Assembly (NCBI GenBank): GCA_965219095.1 | Contig: CBDCMT010000001.1 | Coordinates: 1,952,001 to 2,016,000, forward strand | Reading direction: 5' to 3' | Origin: Bdellovibrionales bacterium | Lineage (GTDB): Bacteria; Bdellovibrionota; Bdellovibrionia; Bdellovibrionales; UBA1609 | Length of the DNA stretch: 64,000 nucleotides | Shown here: in pieces, positions 1 through 11,000 of the stretch | How the letters are laid out: every line of letters starts with the position of its first letter | How positions within the stretch are numbered: position 1 is the first letter of the stretch | The notes under the pieces: generated by a model | What the model was told of the DNA's origin: nothing | What the model saw: only the letters and a program-made list of their open reading frames with translations | The model's database searches: none | Made by a program: the position numbers and the translations under genes

Positions 1-698
1 ATTGGATCATGGGGGTTGAACAGCTTAAAACCTTTCACAAATGGCACAACTTTAAAGAAATTTTAGAAAAGACAAATTTTATTATCACATCAAGGGGTGT
101 GATCAAAACACCTGCATGTCAAAATGATCTTCCTTTATACATTAGACCCTATATAGCTTGCTTTAACAGAAAAAAAACTCTCCTTAATACAGGAAAGACC
201 ATCTATTGGTTTAATGTTCATGAAGTAGAAGTTTCATCTCGAAATATTAGAGAGAAAATCAAACAAGGAAAGCCTTATAAAAAAGATGTAACAAGAGATG
301 TTTATGAGGTCATAAAAAAAGAGAAGTTGTTTCAATTAGCAAAAAAACCTCTTTCTGCAAAGTCTTTGGCACAGCTGTGTTCTAGGCTTTTAAGAAAAAA
401 ACTAAACTCTCAGATTGAAGTCTATAAATTCATGTCAGAAAATCGTTTGTTTGATTTTGTTCTTATTGCTTCTGCTAAAAACACAAAACATGCTTCGGCC
501 ATAGCAGATTACTTAGTCAAAGCTATAAAGAAAAAAACAGACCTTTCCCCTCTTGTTGTAGAAGGAAGGGGTGAAGGGCATTGGATTGTTTTAGATTATA
601 ATGACCTTATCATACACATTTTTTACGATTATGTAAGACAACGTTTTGAAATTCCTAAATTATGGGAAAGTATGCGAATGAAACCCTCTGGAGTTTAA
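1..698 (+). CDS. nadD-rsfS: NadD (nicotinate-nucleotide adenylyltransferase) C-terminal part fused to RsfS/Iojap ribosome silencing factor; 5' end lies outside the window
   Basis: The frame is open from the window start. It has NadD motifs IMGxxQLxxFxKW and EVSSxxIR, then without a stop RsfS motifs DFVLIASA, VEG and WIVLDYNDLIIHIF...R.RF..PKLW. Confidence 0.85.
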   Translation, partial: WIMGVEQLKTFHKWHNFKEILEKTNFIITSRGVIKTPACQNDLPLYIRPYIACFNRKKTLLNTGKTIYWFNVHEVEVSSRNIREKIKQGKPYKKDVTRDVYEVIKKEKLFQLAKKPLSAKSLAQLCSRLLRKKLNSQIEVYKFMSENRLFDFVLIASAKNTKHASAIADYLVKAIKKKTDLSPLVVEGRGEGHWIVLDYNDLIIHIFYDYVRQRFEIPKLWESMRMKPSGV

Positions 699-718
699 GA
701 TTTGAAGTAAAAAAAAAG

Positions 719-746
719 AAAACCCCTCTTAAGAAGAGGGGTTTTT
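719..746. terminator. Rho-independent terminator, probably bidirectional
   Basis: aaaacccctctt-aag-aagaggggtttt hairpin with A- and T-tracts, just after the nadD-rsfS stop. Confidence 0.8.
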
Positions 747-846
747 CAAATGGAATAGGAGTCTACTTATGATTCTCCACAGCCTCTGTTTTCACAATAG
801 TCAAGTTTTTTAGTACTATCCATTTTAAAATCCTTACTTGTATTAC

Positions 847-1448
847 TAGGGCGTGTTATCAATTAATTTAACCAAACCATACAAGAAGCTAACATCACTT
901 AAGCCTAAGAAGTTTTTTGCCCTTTTTTCATATCTTATTGCCACTTCTCTCAAAGTTCTTTAACCTGAAAAAACTCATTCTCTCAATTTTGTTTCTCAAA
1001 ATGTCTTAGGCTTCTTTTCTTGTTTAACTCAAACGTATAAGACGTCCTAAGCTATCTCACTTACAAGATGAATTTTTGTACTTAAACCTCCTCTGAAGTA
1101 CTCCAAAGCCAAAGTCTTCTTTTTTTGATCCTTCTTCTTTGCACCAGAAAAATGCTGATGAACTCGTACTATAGTGCTATCAATAGAAAGATATTCATTT
1201 TTAGAATCTTTTATAAGATGAGAAAAAATCCTCTTTAGAAATTCCAGATTTCTCCCAACGAGTGAAACGAGAGTGGACGTTCTTTGAGTGTCCATAAGGT
1301 TCCGGAAGAGACTTCTAAGAGGCTTAAGCCTTCAAAGTCCATAGGACTTAAGTTAACAAATTTTTGGAAAGTTTTTTGCTTCTAACTTCTACTCTCATTT
1401 TTCCGATCGCTAAGTAAAAACTCTATCTTCTTCCATGTTTTAAATTAT
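847..1448 (-). mobile_element. Degenerate IS5-family element (transposase pseudogene)
   Basis: Minus-strand fragments IDSTIVRVHQH..GAKK, RGGLSTKIH and RYEKRAKNFLG. Terminal gggcgtgttatcaatt follows CTA. The other end is cut by the ISL3 micro-element. Confidence 0.75.
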
Positions 1449-1496
1449 GCCTCCTCAAAAGAATCTGTGGGTTCCCGGAGGTTCTTTTGAGGAGGC
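1449..1496. mobile_element. 48-bp ISL3-derived micro-element (two IRR-type ends)
   Basis: gcctcctcaaaagaa...ttcttttgaggaggc, 15-bp perfect inverted arms identical to the ISL3 right end. Confidence 0.8.
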
Positions 1497-1501
1497 AAGA
1501 A

Positions 1502-3019
1502 GGCTCCTCCCGGGAATCTGTGGGTAAAAAGTAGTAGAAATCCCCCAAAAAGGCTCATATTAATCAAAGCAAGAGTAAGACATTCTATCTTGTATTTTTG
1601 AGTTCTTTGAGGCCCTTACTGGCCTCTATCACCTCCGGTGATTGAACTCAAAAACATTCATTTTATTTGCTTTTATTTGCTGTATTACATTAAAATTTTA
1701 AAAAAGAAGCACCTACTTCCCAGATGCCTTAAAATGTTATTCAAAAAAAAAAAAGGAGGGAAGAGATGCTTTTGAAGACTATACTAAATGATTGTTTAAG
1801 ATGGAAGTCTTTTGTATACGGAGACATTTATTTTTCAAAAGATAGAAAGTCAATTAATGTTCCTATTAAGGCTCGTAAAAATGGCCAAGCTTTTTGTAGT
1901 GTTTGTAAGAAGCCCTGTTCAGTGTATGACAGCAGTAAATCATCACGGGACTTTGAATCCTTTCCTATTTTAAGTTACAGGGTGTTTTTTGTTTATTTTG
2001 TAAGAAGAGTTAATTGTCCTTGCTGTGGGGTAAAAGTTGAACATTTACCTTGGGCCGATGGTAAGAAGAGTTTAACGATCTTTTACATGAAGTATTTAGC
2101 AGACTGGTGTCGTCACCTGTCTTGGAAAGAGGTTTCTTGTAAGTTTCATGTCAGTTGGAATCAGGTCTATGCTTCGGTAGAATGGGTCGTAGAATATGGT
2201 TTAAAACAAAGGGTTTTAAAGGGAATACAAGCTATAGGTGTAGATGAAATACAATGGAAAAAGAACCATCAGTATCTCACCTTAGTCTATGAAATAAGCA
2301 AAGAAAGTGTTCGTTTGCTATGGATAGGAGAAAAAAGAACAGAAAAGAGTTTTAGAAAATTCTTTGATTTACTAGGAGAGAAGTCAAAAGATATACGGTT
2401 TGTGTGTTCTGATATGTGGAAGCCTTATTTAAAAGTCATAAAGGAGAGGGCAAGTGGAGCTTTACACATATTAGATCGGTTTCATATCGTAGCAAGACTC
2501 AATAAGGCTTTAGACGAAGTGAGAGCTTCAGAACACAAAAAAATGAAAGAAGACGGGTATGAACCCCTTTTAACAAAAGCTAGATGGCCCTTGTTAAAAA
2601 ATGCAGAAAATTTAAAATCTTATGAAAAAGTAAAATTAAGGCATTTAATACAGTACAATTTAAAAAGTATCCTCTGTTATCTTTTAAAAGAAGACTTCCG
2701 ACAGTTATGGACCTATGTTTCACCAACTTGGGCTGGTAAATTTATAGACAGTTGGACGAGACGAGTCATGCTTTCAAAAATTGAACCTATGAAAAGAGAA
2801 GCAAAAACCATACGAAGACATAAGCTACTTATTCTTAATTACTTCAAGGCTAAAAAAACCTTCTCCTCAGGGATTGTAGAGGGTTTAAACAACAAAGTAA
2901 AACTCACTATGAGAAAATCTTACGGCTTTAGAACCTCTAAAGCTATAAAAATCGCCTTATATCATAACCTTGGAAAACTGCCAGAACCTCCGGGAACCCA
3001 CAGATTCTTTTGAGGAGGC
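1502..3019 (+). mobile_element. ISL3-family insertion sequence, copy 1 (1518 bp)
   Basis: IRL ggctcctcccgggaatctgtgggt and IRR acccacagattcttttgaggaggc (20/24 inverted match at best alignment, imperfect) enclose an intact transposase. Confidence 0.92.
1766..3013 (+). CDS. ISL3-family transposase
   Basis: Zn-finger CxxC...CxCC, GVDE, VCSDMW..Y, DRFHIV, VEGLNNKVK...R.SYGFR. Confidence 0.95.
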   Translation: MLLKTILNDCLRWKSFVYGDIYFSKDRKSINVPIKARKNGQAFCSVCKKPCSVYDSSKSSRDFESFPILSYRVFFVYFVRRVNCPCCGVKVEHLPWADGKKSLTIFYMKYLADWCRHLSWKEVSCKFHVSWNQVYASVEWVVEYGLKQRVLKGIQAIGVDEIQWKKNHQYLTLVYEISKESVRLLWIGEKRTEKSFRKFFDLLGEKSKDIRFVCSDMWKPYLKVIKERASGALHILDRFHIVARLNKALDEVRASEHKKMKEDGYEPLLTKARWPLLKNAENLKSYEKVKLRHLIQYNLKSILCYLLKEDFRQLWTYVSPTWAGKFIDSWTRRVMLSKIEPMKREAKTIRRHKLLILNYFKAKKTFSSGIVEGLNNKVKLTMRKSYGFRTSKAIKIALYHNLGKLPEPPGTHRFF

Positions 3020-3357
3020 AAAAAATTAAGAATCTATCAGGGTAAGTAATCGTAAGCAGAAAATAGGCCTAAAGAATCCCTTTAAAAGCTTGATAGCTAA
3101 ACTATCAAGTAAAAAAAGCTCATCATCCACACCTACATGGAAAAACAAAATCATTCAAGATGTAGCTCTCTTTTTTAGCGGTCTTTTTTGAACAAGTTGA
3201 TAAAAGGCTTAACGGACTTAAGACTTAAGAAAAGAAAAAAAAGCTCTCTTCTTTTCTCTTCATGAGACAAGTATGGTTCAAAAAAAAACACTTTTTTCAT
3301 AGGAGGCTTGCTTTAAAAAGAACCTTAGGTTATGGTAAAATTAGGGGGATGTGGTAG

Positions 3358-4173
3358 ATGAGTAGAGAGAGAGAGAGTGCGTCATGGATTCCTCTAATAA
3401 CGTGTGTAACAAACTTCTTTGTCTGCTTTTTTGGTTTTTCTTTTCGAAAAAACCAAGCTAAAGAAAAACAAAAAGGATTTACTGTACTAGAGCTTCTTGT
3501 AACAGTAGCCATAGTTGGGGTTTTAGCTAGCATAGGATACTCAGCCTATAACAACTACAAAAGAAAGGCTATTGCTTCTAACGGAAAAGTCTTAGTGTCT
3601 AATCTTTTCACAATGTACAAAACTGTGCTTTATGAACAAAATCCTAAGACAAAACTGGTAACCGGTCTGGGTGGGGGGACTTTCTCTGGCTTTAGCACTT
3701 ACACTGAAGGCTTGGGTTTTAGGGATGCTTTTTATGATTTAGCATGTGATGAGAATGACGGATCTGTATCTTACTTTACAAGTCAAGTTATTGTCTATTT
3801 TGATAGAACAAATTTAAATCCACACGCAATTCTCACTACTTTTTATTTAGGAGGCAATGGCAACGATAATCATTCAGAAGAATGTCCTAGCAAGTACGAA
3901 TTTAAAGATAGTACCGACCGGACTACATCTGCTAGCAGATTACCATTAGTCAATTATCCTCCCCCACAAAGCGTATATCCAAATAGCCTTCATTTTAATT
4001 ATTGTGAAAGTAATAACCCTACTCCTGGTGGTGTTCCTAACCCAATTTGTTATGATGGTGTCGGTGTTGAGATGTACCTAAACAAAACCATAAGAGTTTG
4101 CCTTAACCTTGATGGTTTGGCAACTGATAGCACGAAAGATTGGACTCCTAAAGAATGCGGTGGCTCTCTTTAA
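3358..4173 (+). CDS. Type IV pilin/pseudopilin-like protein with prepilin N-terminal methylation site
   Basis: KQKG|FTVLELLVTVAIVGVLASIG class III signal; Cys-rich C-terminal domain; exact start uncertain. Confidence 0.8.
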   Translation: MSRERESASWIPLITCVTNFFVCFFGFSFRKNQAKEKQKGFTVLELLVTVAIVGVLASIGYSAYNNYKRKAIASNGKVLVSNLFTMYKTVLYEQNPKTKLVTGLGGGTFSGFSTYTEGLGFRDAFYDLACDENDGSVSYFTSQVIVYFDRTNLNPHAILTTFYLGGNGNDNHSEECPSKYEFKDSTDRTTSASRLPLVNYPPPQSVYPNSLHFNYCESNNPTPGGVPNPICYDGVGVEMYLNKTIRVCLNLDGLATDSTKDWTPKECGGSL

Positions 4174-4294
4174 TAGAGTAAAAAAATCTTTTTCCCTTTA
4201 CATTTTAAATAAACCTTACACAGACAAAAGAAACTTCATAAGAATAAAAACAAAAAAATAAGAACTTCGCAAACCCTACTACATAAAAAAAATG

Positions 4295-4313
4295 GCCTCT
4301 TCAAAAGAATCTG
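4295..4313. repeat. Degenerate ISL3 IRR fragment
   Basis: gcctcttcaaaagaatctg, 18/19 identical to the ISL3 right end. Confidence 0.55.
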
Positions 4314-4819
4314 ATTCTTTAAAACTTCCTATTCCAGTCACTTACAAGAAAAAAGTAAAAGAAAGGGTTAAAAAGCTTTTAAGCTCAAATGAGCATACTT
4401 AGTGTGTGTAACTATTTTTTTTCACTTTTCTGAGTTTTTGAGCTTTGAAAGCTCTTTGTCTTTTTTCTCAAACAAAGCTTCATTTTCCTCAAACAAAACT
4501 TGTATGAGTCGAAATAGTGGAGTAATTTTTAACGTAACATACTTCATTTACTTCTTTTTTTCAAATTTTAATAAAAATAGTATTGCAAAAAAGACGGTAT
4601 TATGAGATTGCAATTCTTTTTAAAACATGCCTTCTAAAGTTATCACTTCTAAACCCTCTTGTTCTTTTAAATAAGCAAATTTAAGAAAAAATCTGAGCCT
4701 TTAAAAATCAAAGAAAGCTAAAAGGTGGAGTTTACGACCTAAGTTTGACAACACAAGAGATACATAAACATTTTCTGAAGCTCAACTAAAGACTAGTATT
4801 TACTTAGCATGTAGCTTTT

Positions 4820-4828
4820 TGCTATAAT
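4820..4828 (+). promoter_or_regulatory. Extended -10 promoter (TGcTATAAT) 5 nt upstream of the start codon
   Basis: Consensus TGnTATAAT; no SD before ATG 4834. Confidence 0.55.
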
Positions 4829-4833
4829 GTAGT

Positions 4834-5583
4834 ATGCTTATTCAATTTTTAGCATTTTTATTCCTTACTTCTTGTAGCACTATAGGACTTAAAAGCACAA
4901 AAAACGAAAAACTCTCACGTTCTTATACACAGCTTGCTACTTCGCTTGTGTTTTCAGGACGTTACCCTGAAGCTATCAAAGAGTTTGAAAATGCCCTTTC
5001 TGTGGATCCTGATAATTTTTTAGCTCACCATAACTTAGGTATAGCTTATATGTCTATTCATCAGTTAGATTTAGCTGAAAAAAGTGTCAGAAAAGCATTA
5101 GAGATAAATCCTAAGTATACACAAGGGTTTAACACCTTGTCTAAAATTTTTATTGAAAAAAAACAATATAATAGAGCAATTCGACTGGCCATTTTCACTC
5201 TTCAAGATTTAACTTACACAGGAGTTGCCACATCTTATCAGAATTTAGGGTTAGCATATTTAAAAAAAGGTAAAAACAAAACCGCACAAGCTTATCTAAA
5301 AAAAGCAATTTCTAAAAACAACAAAGACTGTGGTTCATTTTTTTACTACGGCCTTTCTCTTTTTTATGAAAGAGATTATGAGCATAGCCTTGCAACCTTT
5401 CAGAAAACCCAACGTCTTTGTGAGAAAAGCAACTTTCAAGAACCTATTTATTATACAGGCCTTTCGCTTTTAAAACTGGGCAGAAAAAGTGAAGCCAGAA
5501 CACATTTTTTGAGAATTATTAAGAATCACCCTGAACATGATTATGCTATGAAAGCTAAAAAAGCTTTAAGTTTAACAAGGTAA
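4834..5583 (+). CDS. TPR lipoprotein, type IV pilus pilotin PilF/PilW/Tgl-like
   Basis: Lipobox LTSC, multiple TPRs, directly upstream of a rodZ-like gene (conserved pilF-rodZ synteny). Confidence 0.75.
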   Translation: MLIQFLAFLFLTSCSTIGLKSTKNEKLSRSYTQLATSLVFSGRYPEAIKEFENALSVDPDNFLAHHNLGIAYMSIHQLDLAEKSVRKALEINPKYTQGFNTLSKIFIEKKQYNRAIRLAIFTLQDLTYTGVATSYQNLGLAYLKKGKNKTAQAYLKKAISKNNKDCGSFFYYGLSLFYERDYEHSLATFQKTQRLCEKSNFQEPIYYTGLSLLKLGRKSEARTHFLRIIKNHPEHDYAMKAKKALSLTR

Positions 5584-5588
5584 GATTT

Positions 5589-6461
5589 ATGAGGGTTACA
5601 GGAGGTTTACTCAAACAGACTCGATTACAAAAAGGTGTTTCTATTGAGCAAGTTTCTGATGCTATTAAGGTTAGTATTAGAAAGCTTGAAAGCATTGAAC
5701 AAGGGTGTTGGGAGGATTTACCACGGATTTCTTTTATCAAAGGTTATATAAGAGCTTATGGGGCTTTTTTGGAAATGGACGTCTATCAGTTGATAAGTCA
5801 GTTCGAACAAGAAATTTCTGAAAGTTTCCCTAAAAATATAAAATCTAGCAAGCTTGCTTCTCAAAAAGATGTGGGCGTAAAAACAAGTCATTTACCCACA
5901 CGTGCTGTTGAGGCTCTTTCTATTTTAGCTTTGTTTTTCATTATCTCTGTGGCTCATAAAACTATTGTGCAGTTACAAGAAAAAAACAAAGTTGCTATTG
6001 AAAAAGACACTTTTCAATCCCAAAAGCTAGAAGAGTTTTTTAAGTATGATACAGAAGAAACAATTGAGCAAAAAACCAAAGAAGCTTTTCTTTTTTCTAT
6101 GCTAAAGGTGATTCCAGAAAATGCGGTGTTTGTTTCTCAGCCAAGAGAGGATCTTTTTAAAGTGGTAAATAGACATACTGCTTCAGTAATGGGGAGAGAA
6201 AAACCTGTTAAATCTAGTCTTGAAGAGTTTAAGCAAGAAGTTTTGATACAGGCTGAAGAAGAGTTAAGGGTTTCTTACAAAATTGACAAAAAAGATCCCT
6301 TTTCAAAAACGATCTTGAGAGGAGGGCGGTTGATTATAAAGGGAAGAGAAAGTATATCGCTACGAGTTATGGGTCTTCACAAAACCAAAATCTTTTATAA
6401 CGGCAAGCAAGTTAAAATCCCTCAAGTTCATAATTCTATGGCTTCTTTAAAATTTCCTTGA
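5589..6461 (+). CDS. rodZ: RodZ-like HTH membrane protein
   Basis: N-terminal G..LK..R...G.SIE.VS..IK....L.SIEQG....LP..F.KGYIRAY, one TM segment, C-terminal beta domain. Confidence 0.75.
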   Translation: MRVTGGLLKQTRLQKGVSIEQVSDAIKVSIRKLESIEQGCWEDLPRISFIKGYIRAYGAFLEMDVYQLISQFEQEISESFPKNIKSSKLASQKDVGVKTSHLPTRAVEALSILALFFIISVAHKTIVQLQEKNKVAIEKDTFQSQKLEEFFKYDTEETIEQKTKEAFLFSMLKVIPENAVFVSQPREDLFKVVNRHTASVMGREKPVKSSLEEFKQEVLIQAEEELRVSYKIDKKDPFSKTILRGGRLIIKGRESISLRVMGLHKTKIFYNGKQVKIPQVHNSMASLKFP

Positions 6462-7099
6462 AAAAAAAAGATCTCTTTGCTAAAGTCTCATTTATGGACT
6501 TTGTTGCTTTTGATCTAGAAACCACAGGTTTTGTCCCTGGTGTAGACAAGATTGTTGAAATTGGAGCCGTTCGCATTAAGAATAAAAAAGTTGATGCTGT
6601 GTTCTCTACTCTTATCAATCCGGAACAACCTATTCCTAAAGCAAGCATCAAAGTACATAAGATTACAAACGAAATGGTTCAGTCTTCACCGAAAATTAAT
6701 CAGATTCTTCTTAAGTTTACAGAATTTTGTAACAATTATGTTATGGTTGCACATAACTCCCAGTTTGACTTTCAGTTCTTAAAAGCCAGTTATGAAAAAG
6801 AGCAAATTCCAACCCCTAACTCTCCTATTGTAGACACTTTGCAAATGGCAAGAAAAGCGTTTCCAGGCCTTCCTAACTATAAATTGCCCACGCTGATTGA
6901 GTTTTTAAAAATACAATCCAAAACATTCCATAGAGCACAAGATGACGCTCTTTATTGTGCTAAGCTGTTTGTCAATTGTACAAAACGTATCTTTAAAGAC
7001 CAAGAGTTTGATGTAGAAAGTATTGCTAAGATTATGAAAAAGCCCGTACTAAAATTCCCGGTAATTGAAACAACAGGCCATCAATATTCATTTTTTTAG
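6458..7099 (+). CDS. DEDDh 3'-5' exonuclease (DnaQ/Pol III epsilon-like)
   Basis: FDLETTG, VAHNSQFD, HRAQDDA. Confidence 0.9.
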   Translation: MKKKDLFAKVSFMDFVAFDLETTGFVPGVDKIVEIGAVRIKNKKVDAVFSTLINPEQPIPKASIKVHKITNEMVQSSPKINQILLKFTEFCNNYVMVAHNSQFDFQFLKASYEKEQIPTPNSPIVDTLQMARKAFPGLPNYKLPTLIEFLKIQSKTFHRAQDDALYCAKLFVNCTKRIFKDQEFDVESIAKIMKKPVLKFPVIETTGHQYSFF

Positions 7100-7380
7100 G
7101 TTAAAATTTTTTAAAAGTCTGCTTTTTAAGAAAAGTAGTAAGTGGGTATGGGAGCTTTTCGATAGGGGTTTTTCTTGCTTTAGAAAGAGCCTTTGTTTTT
7201 AAGATTTTTGTGATTTTCTTTAGGATGTCAGAGAATTTTTCTTTAAAAGGAACAGAATGTCTGATTGCGTTAAAATGTTTGGTGAAATTTAAATCTTCTT
7301 TTAGCTTATGGGGCTAAAGCTTTTGGGGAATTTTGTTTTTTAAAGAAGCTTTCTTTTGTAAGAAAGCTTCTCGTTAAGAG

Positions 7381-7409
7381 TTGACCCTTTAGGGATTTAA
7401 TTGAATAAT
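7381..7409 (+). promoter_or_regulatory. Putative sigma70 promoter of the act operon
   Basis: TTGACC-N17-AATAAT, preceded by a 12-bp inverted repeat at 7344-7371. Confidence 0.45.
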
Positions 7410-7456
7410 TAAGGTCGCATTTAAAGAGAAAAAACAAGAAGGATGTTGTTTTATCA

Positions 7457-7990
7457 ATGATTAAGTTAGCCTTTTGTATCGTTGTAAGTTGTGTCTTATT
7501 TATAGGCTTACCTGTATTTGTTTACTCACTTACACATAATCAATTATCTTTAGGTTACAATAAAAACTATAAACCTACTCAACCTCTTTCCTTCAGCCAT
7601 GAAAAACATGCAGGTATTTATAAGATTGCTTGTCAGTATTGTCACACAACTACAGAAGTTTCACGTCATGCCTCTTTACCGAGTTTAAACATTTGTATGA
7701 ACTGCCATTTAAATGTAAAAAAATCAGATCCCTCTATTCAAAAATTAAAAAAAGCTTATGATAATAACAGACCTATTTTATGGAAAAAGGTTCACATGCT
7801 ACCTGATTTTGTGAAGTTTAATCACGCCGCTCATGTAAATGCGGGTAAAAAATGTCAAGAATGTCATGGCTCTGTAGAGACTATGCCAGTTGTTCTTCAG
7901 TGGTCGGATCTTTCTATGGGTTGGTGTGTGAACTGTCATCGTAAACCAGAAAATCAAGCACCTATTAACTGTTCAACTTGTCATTATTGA
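7457..7990 (+). CDS. actA: Alternative complex III pentaheme cytochrome c subunit
   Basis: Five CxxCH motifs (CQYCH, CMNCH, CQECH, CVNCH, CSTCH), N-terminal TM, QPLSFSH. Confidence 0.9.
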   Translation: MIKLAFCIVVSCVLFIGLPVFVYSLTHNQLSLGYNKNYKPTQPLSFSHEKHAGIYKIACQYCHTTTEVSRHASLPSLNICMNCHLNVKKSDPSIQKLKKAYDNNRPILWKKVHMLPDFVKFNHAAHVNAGKKCQECHGSVETMPVVLQWSDLSMGWCVNCHRKPENQAPINCSTCHY

Positions 7991-8009
7991 GAGAAAAGAA
8001 AGGGATAAA

Positions 8010-11000
8010 ATGTCAAAATATTGGTTAACTCTTGAAGAATGGAGACACGATGGTCAGTTAAAAAGTCTTGCTCAGGATGAATTTCTTTCAAATCCTTTAG
8101 ATGAGAGACAGCAAGGTTGGCAGAGACGTGAGTTTTTAAAACTTATGGGAGCAAGTATAGCTCTTTCGTCTTTAAGTTGTATTAGACGTCCTTCTGAAAC
8201 TATTATTCCTTACGTGAAACGTCCTGAAGAGGTGATCCCTGGTTTAAGTAACTATTACTGTTCCTCTTTTTCTGATGGCTTAGAGAGTTTTTCTCTTTTA
8301 GTGAAAACAAAAGAGGGAAGGCCTCTTAAAATAGAGGGGAATCCTGATAGTCCCCTCCATAAAGGATCTGTTTCAGCAAGAGCACAAGCTCATATACTCA
8401 GCCTTTACGATCCTGATCGTCTCAAAGGTCCTAGAAGAAACTTGTTCAATTCCTCTCGTAGTAATAAAGATACAATAAGAACTTCCTATGAGGAAGCTGA
8501 TGAAATGATAGTGAAAGCTTTGAAAGAAAAGAAAGTAGCCTTATTAACAGGAACAAACCTTTCGCCTTCTTTAAAATACTTAACAAAACAGTTTTGTAGA
8601 AAGAGGGATGTGAAGCACTTTCAGTGGGATACTTTTGATTATAGTGATGTCAAAAAATCTCAAGCTCTCTGTTATGGAGGAAGAAAAATACTTCCTCGTT
8701 ATCATATTGAAAAAGCTCGTATGATTGTTTCCGTGGGAGCTGACTTTTTAGGAACCTACTTAGCTCCTGTGGAGATGACAAGAAAATTCTCTTACACAAG
8801 AACACCTCATTCTTCTATGAGCCAACTTATTGTTTTTGAAAGCTTAATGTCTTTAACAGGAACAAACAGTGATGTTCGAAAGAGAGTTTCTCCTTCAGAT
8901 TATTTAACGGTTCTTATGAGATTGGCTTATGAACTTGTTGTGGTTGAGGGTTTAGGTGATGTTAAAGGTTATTTTAGAAAAGCTTTGGAGGCTTATAGCC
9001 AAAGGGATCTTGGCTTTTCTAAAGAGTTTTGGTCTCAAACAGCAAAAAATTTATGGAAACATCGTGGGCGAAGTCTTGTTTTGGCTTCTTTAGATGGGTC
9101 GTTCAAAGATGCTCTGTCCTTACAGATTATGGCGAATTTTTTAAATAGTCTTTTACAAAATGACGGATCCATTGTGGATTATGAAGACACCTACCGAGGA
9201 GCTTTAGGGGAGACTTCTCATTTGCTTGAATTAACGAAAGCCCTTGATGAGGGAAGTGTAGAAACCGTGATTATCTATGGGCTTAATCTTCTTTATAAAG
9301 CCCCTTATTTTAAGGAGGCTTTAAAAAAAGCAAAGCTTGTCATTTACCATGGAGATAGGATTGATGAAACAGGCCAGCTCTCTGATTATATTTTACCTCA
9401 CCCTCACTCTATGGAGTACTGGAGTGATGAAGAGTCTGTAAAAGAGTTGTTTCATATACAGCAACCCACTATAAGACCCCTTTATCAAACACGTCCATTC
9501 CAAGAATCTCTGCTTTCATGGGCTCAAAAAATTTCTTCTCAAAAGGGATTTCTTGCAAGTCGAGATCATTACAGTTTTTTGAGAAGTTATTGGCGTTGGG
9601 GGATTTATGAAAGGTATAAAAGTTTTATAAAAAAAGATTTTAATGATTTTTGGTATGATGTTTTACAGAAAGGTTTTTTTGATGCAAGAAAGCCTAAAAA
9701 GTTAGAGAAAAGAAAATTTAGAAATTATGTTTTAAAGCAAGTTTTAAAAGAACCCTCCTCTTATGAAGGTTATGAACTTGTTCTCTACCCTACGATAGGT
9801 TTGCGTGATGGAAGTTTAGCTAATGTTTCATGGCTTCAGGAATTTCCTGATCCTATTACAAAAATTTGCTGGGACAATTACCTTTGTCTTTCTCCCCAAG
9901 AAGCAAGGAAGAGACAACTTAGAGAGGGACAAGTCGTAGAACTTAAGTCTGGCTCTCATATTGTGAAAGTTCCCATACATATACAACCGGGGCAGGCTGA
10001 TGGTGTTTTAGGTCTGGCTTTAGGTTATGGCCGTGAATTTGCTGGTGAGTTAGCAAGTCATGTCGGAGTGAACGCTTTTGAGTTTATGAATTTAAACAAC
10101 TATAAAAAAGTTTTAAGTGCTTCTTTTAAAGTGACAGAAAAACATGTTCCTTTAGCTAATGTGCAAAGCCACCACTCTATGGAAGGTCGTCAGATTGTTG
10201 TAGAGAGTACACTAAAAGATTTTATGAAAAATCCTAAAAATGGTCGTCATGATCATAAAACCTTTAGCCTTTGGAAAGACCATGATTACAAAGGAAAAAA
10301 GTGGGCTATGGCTATTGATCTTAATACATGTACAGGTTGTTCAGCTTGTGTTGTGGCTTGTCAGTCAGAAAATAATGTGCCTGTTGTGGGTAAGAAATAT
10401 GTTTTAGAAGGTCGTGAAATGCACTGGCTTCGCATTGATCGTTATTATAAAGGATCTTCAGAGGACCCTGATACAGTATTTATGCCTATTCTGTGTCAAC
10501 ATTGTGATAAAGCTCCTTGTGAAACCGTATGTCCTGTGGCTGCAACCGTTCATAGTGACGAAGGAACAAATGATATGATCTATAACCGTTGTGTAGGAAC
10601 TCGTTATTGCTCTAACAATTGCCCTTATAAAGTCAGACGATTTAATTGGTTTAATTACTCAAAACAAAATCATAAAAGTCCTTTAAACAAACAATTGAAT
10701 CCTGAAGTGACTGTTCGTCACAGAGGGGTTATGGAAAAGTGTACTTTTTGTATTCATAGAATCAAAGAAAAAAAAGCTTTAGCTTCCCAAGAAGGTAGAG
10801 CTTTAAAAGATGGTGAAATACAAACAGCTTGTCAACAATCATGTCCCACTCAAGCGATTGTTTTTGGTGATATGAACGATCCTAAGAGCCGAGTTTCCCA
10901 GTTATTTAAAAAAGAAAGTAGCTATAGTCTTTTAGAGGAATTGAACACCCAGCCTTCTGTGAGGTTTCAAACAAAAGTTCGTCATGTCGATAAACTTAAA

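Noticed and set aside
4320..4760. Possible decayed gene or IS end (cctaagtttgacaac near 4738)
   Set aside because: Too degenerate to assign.
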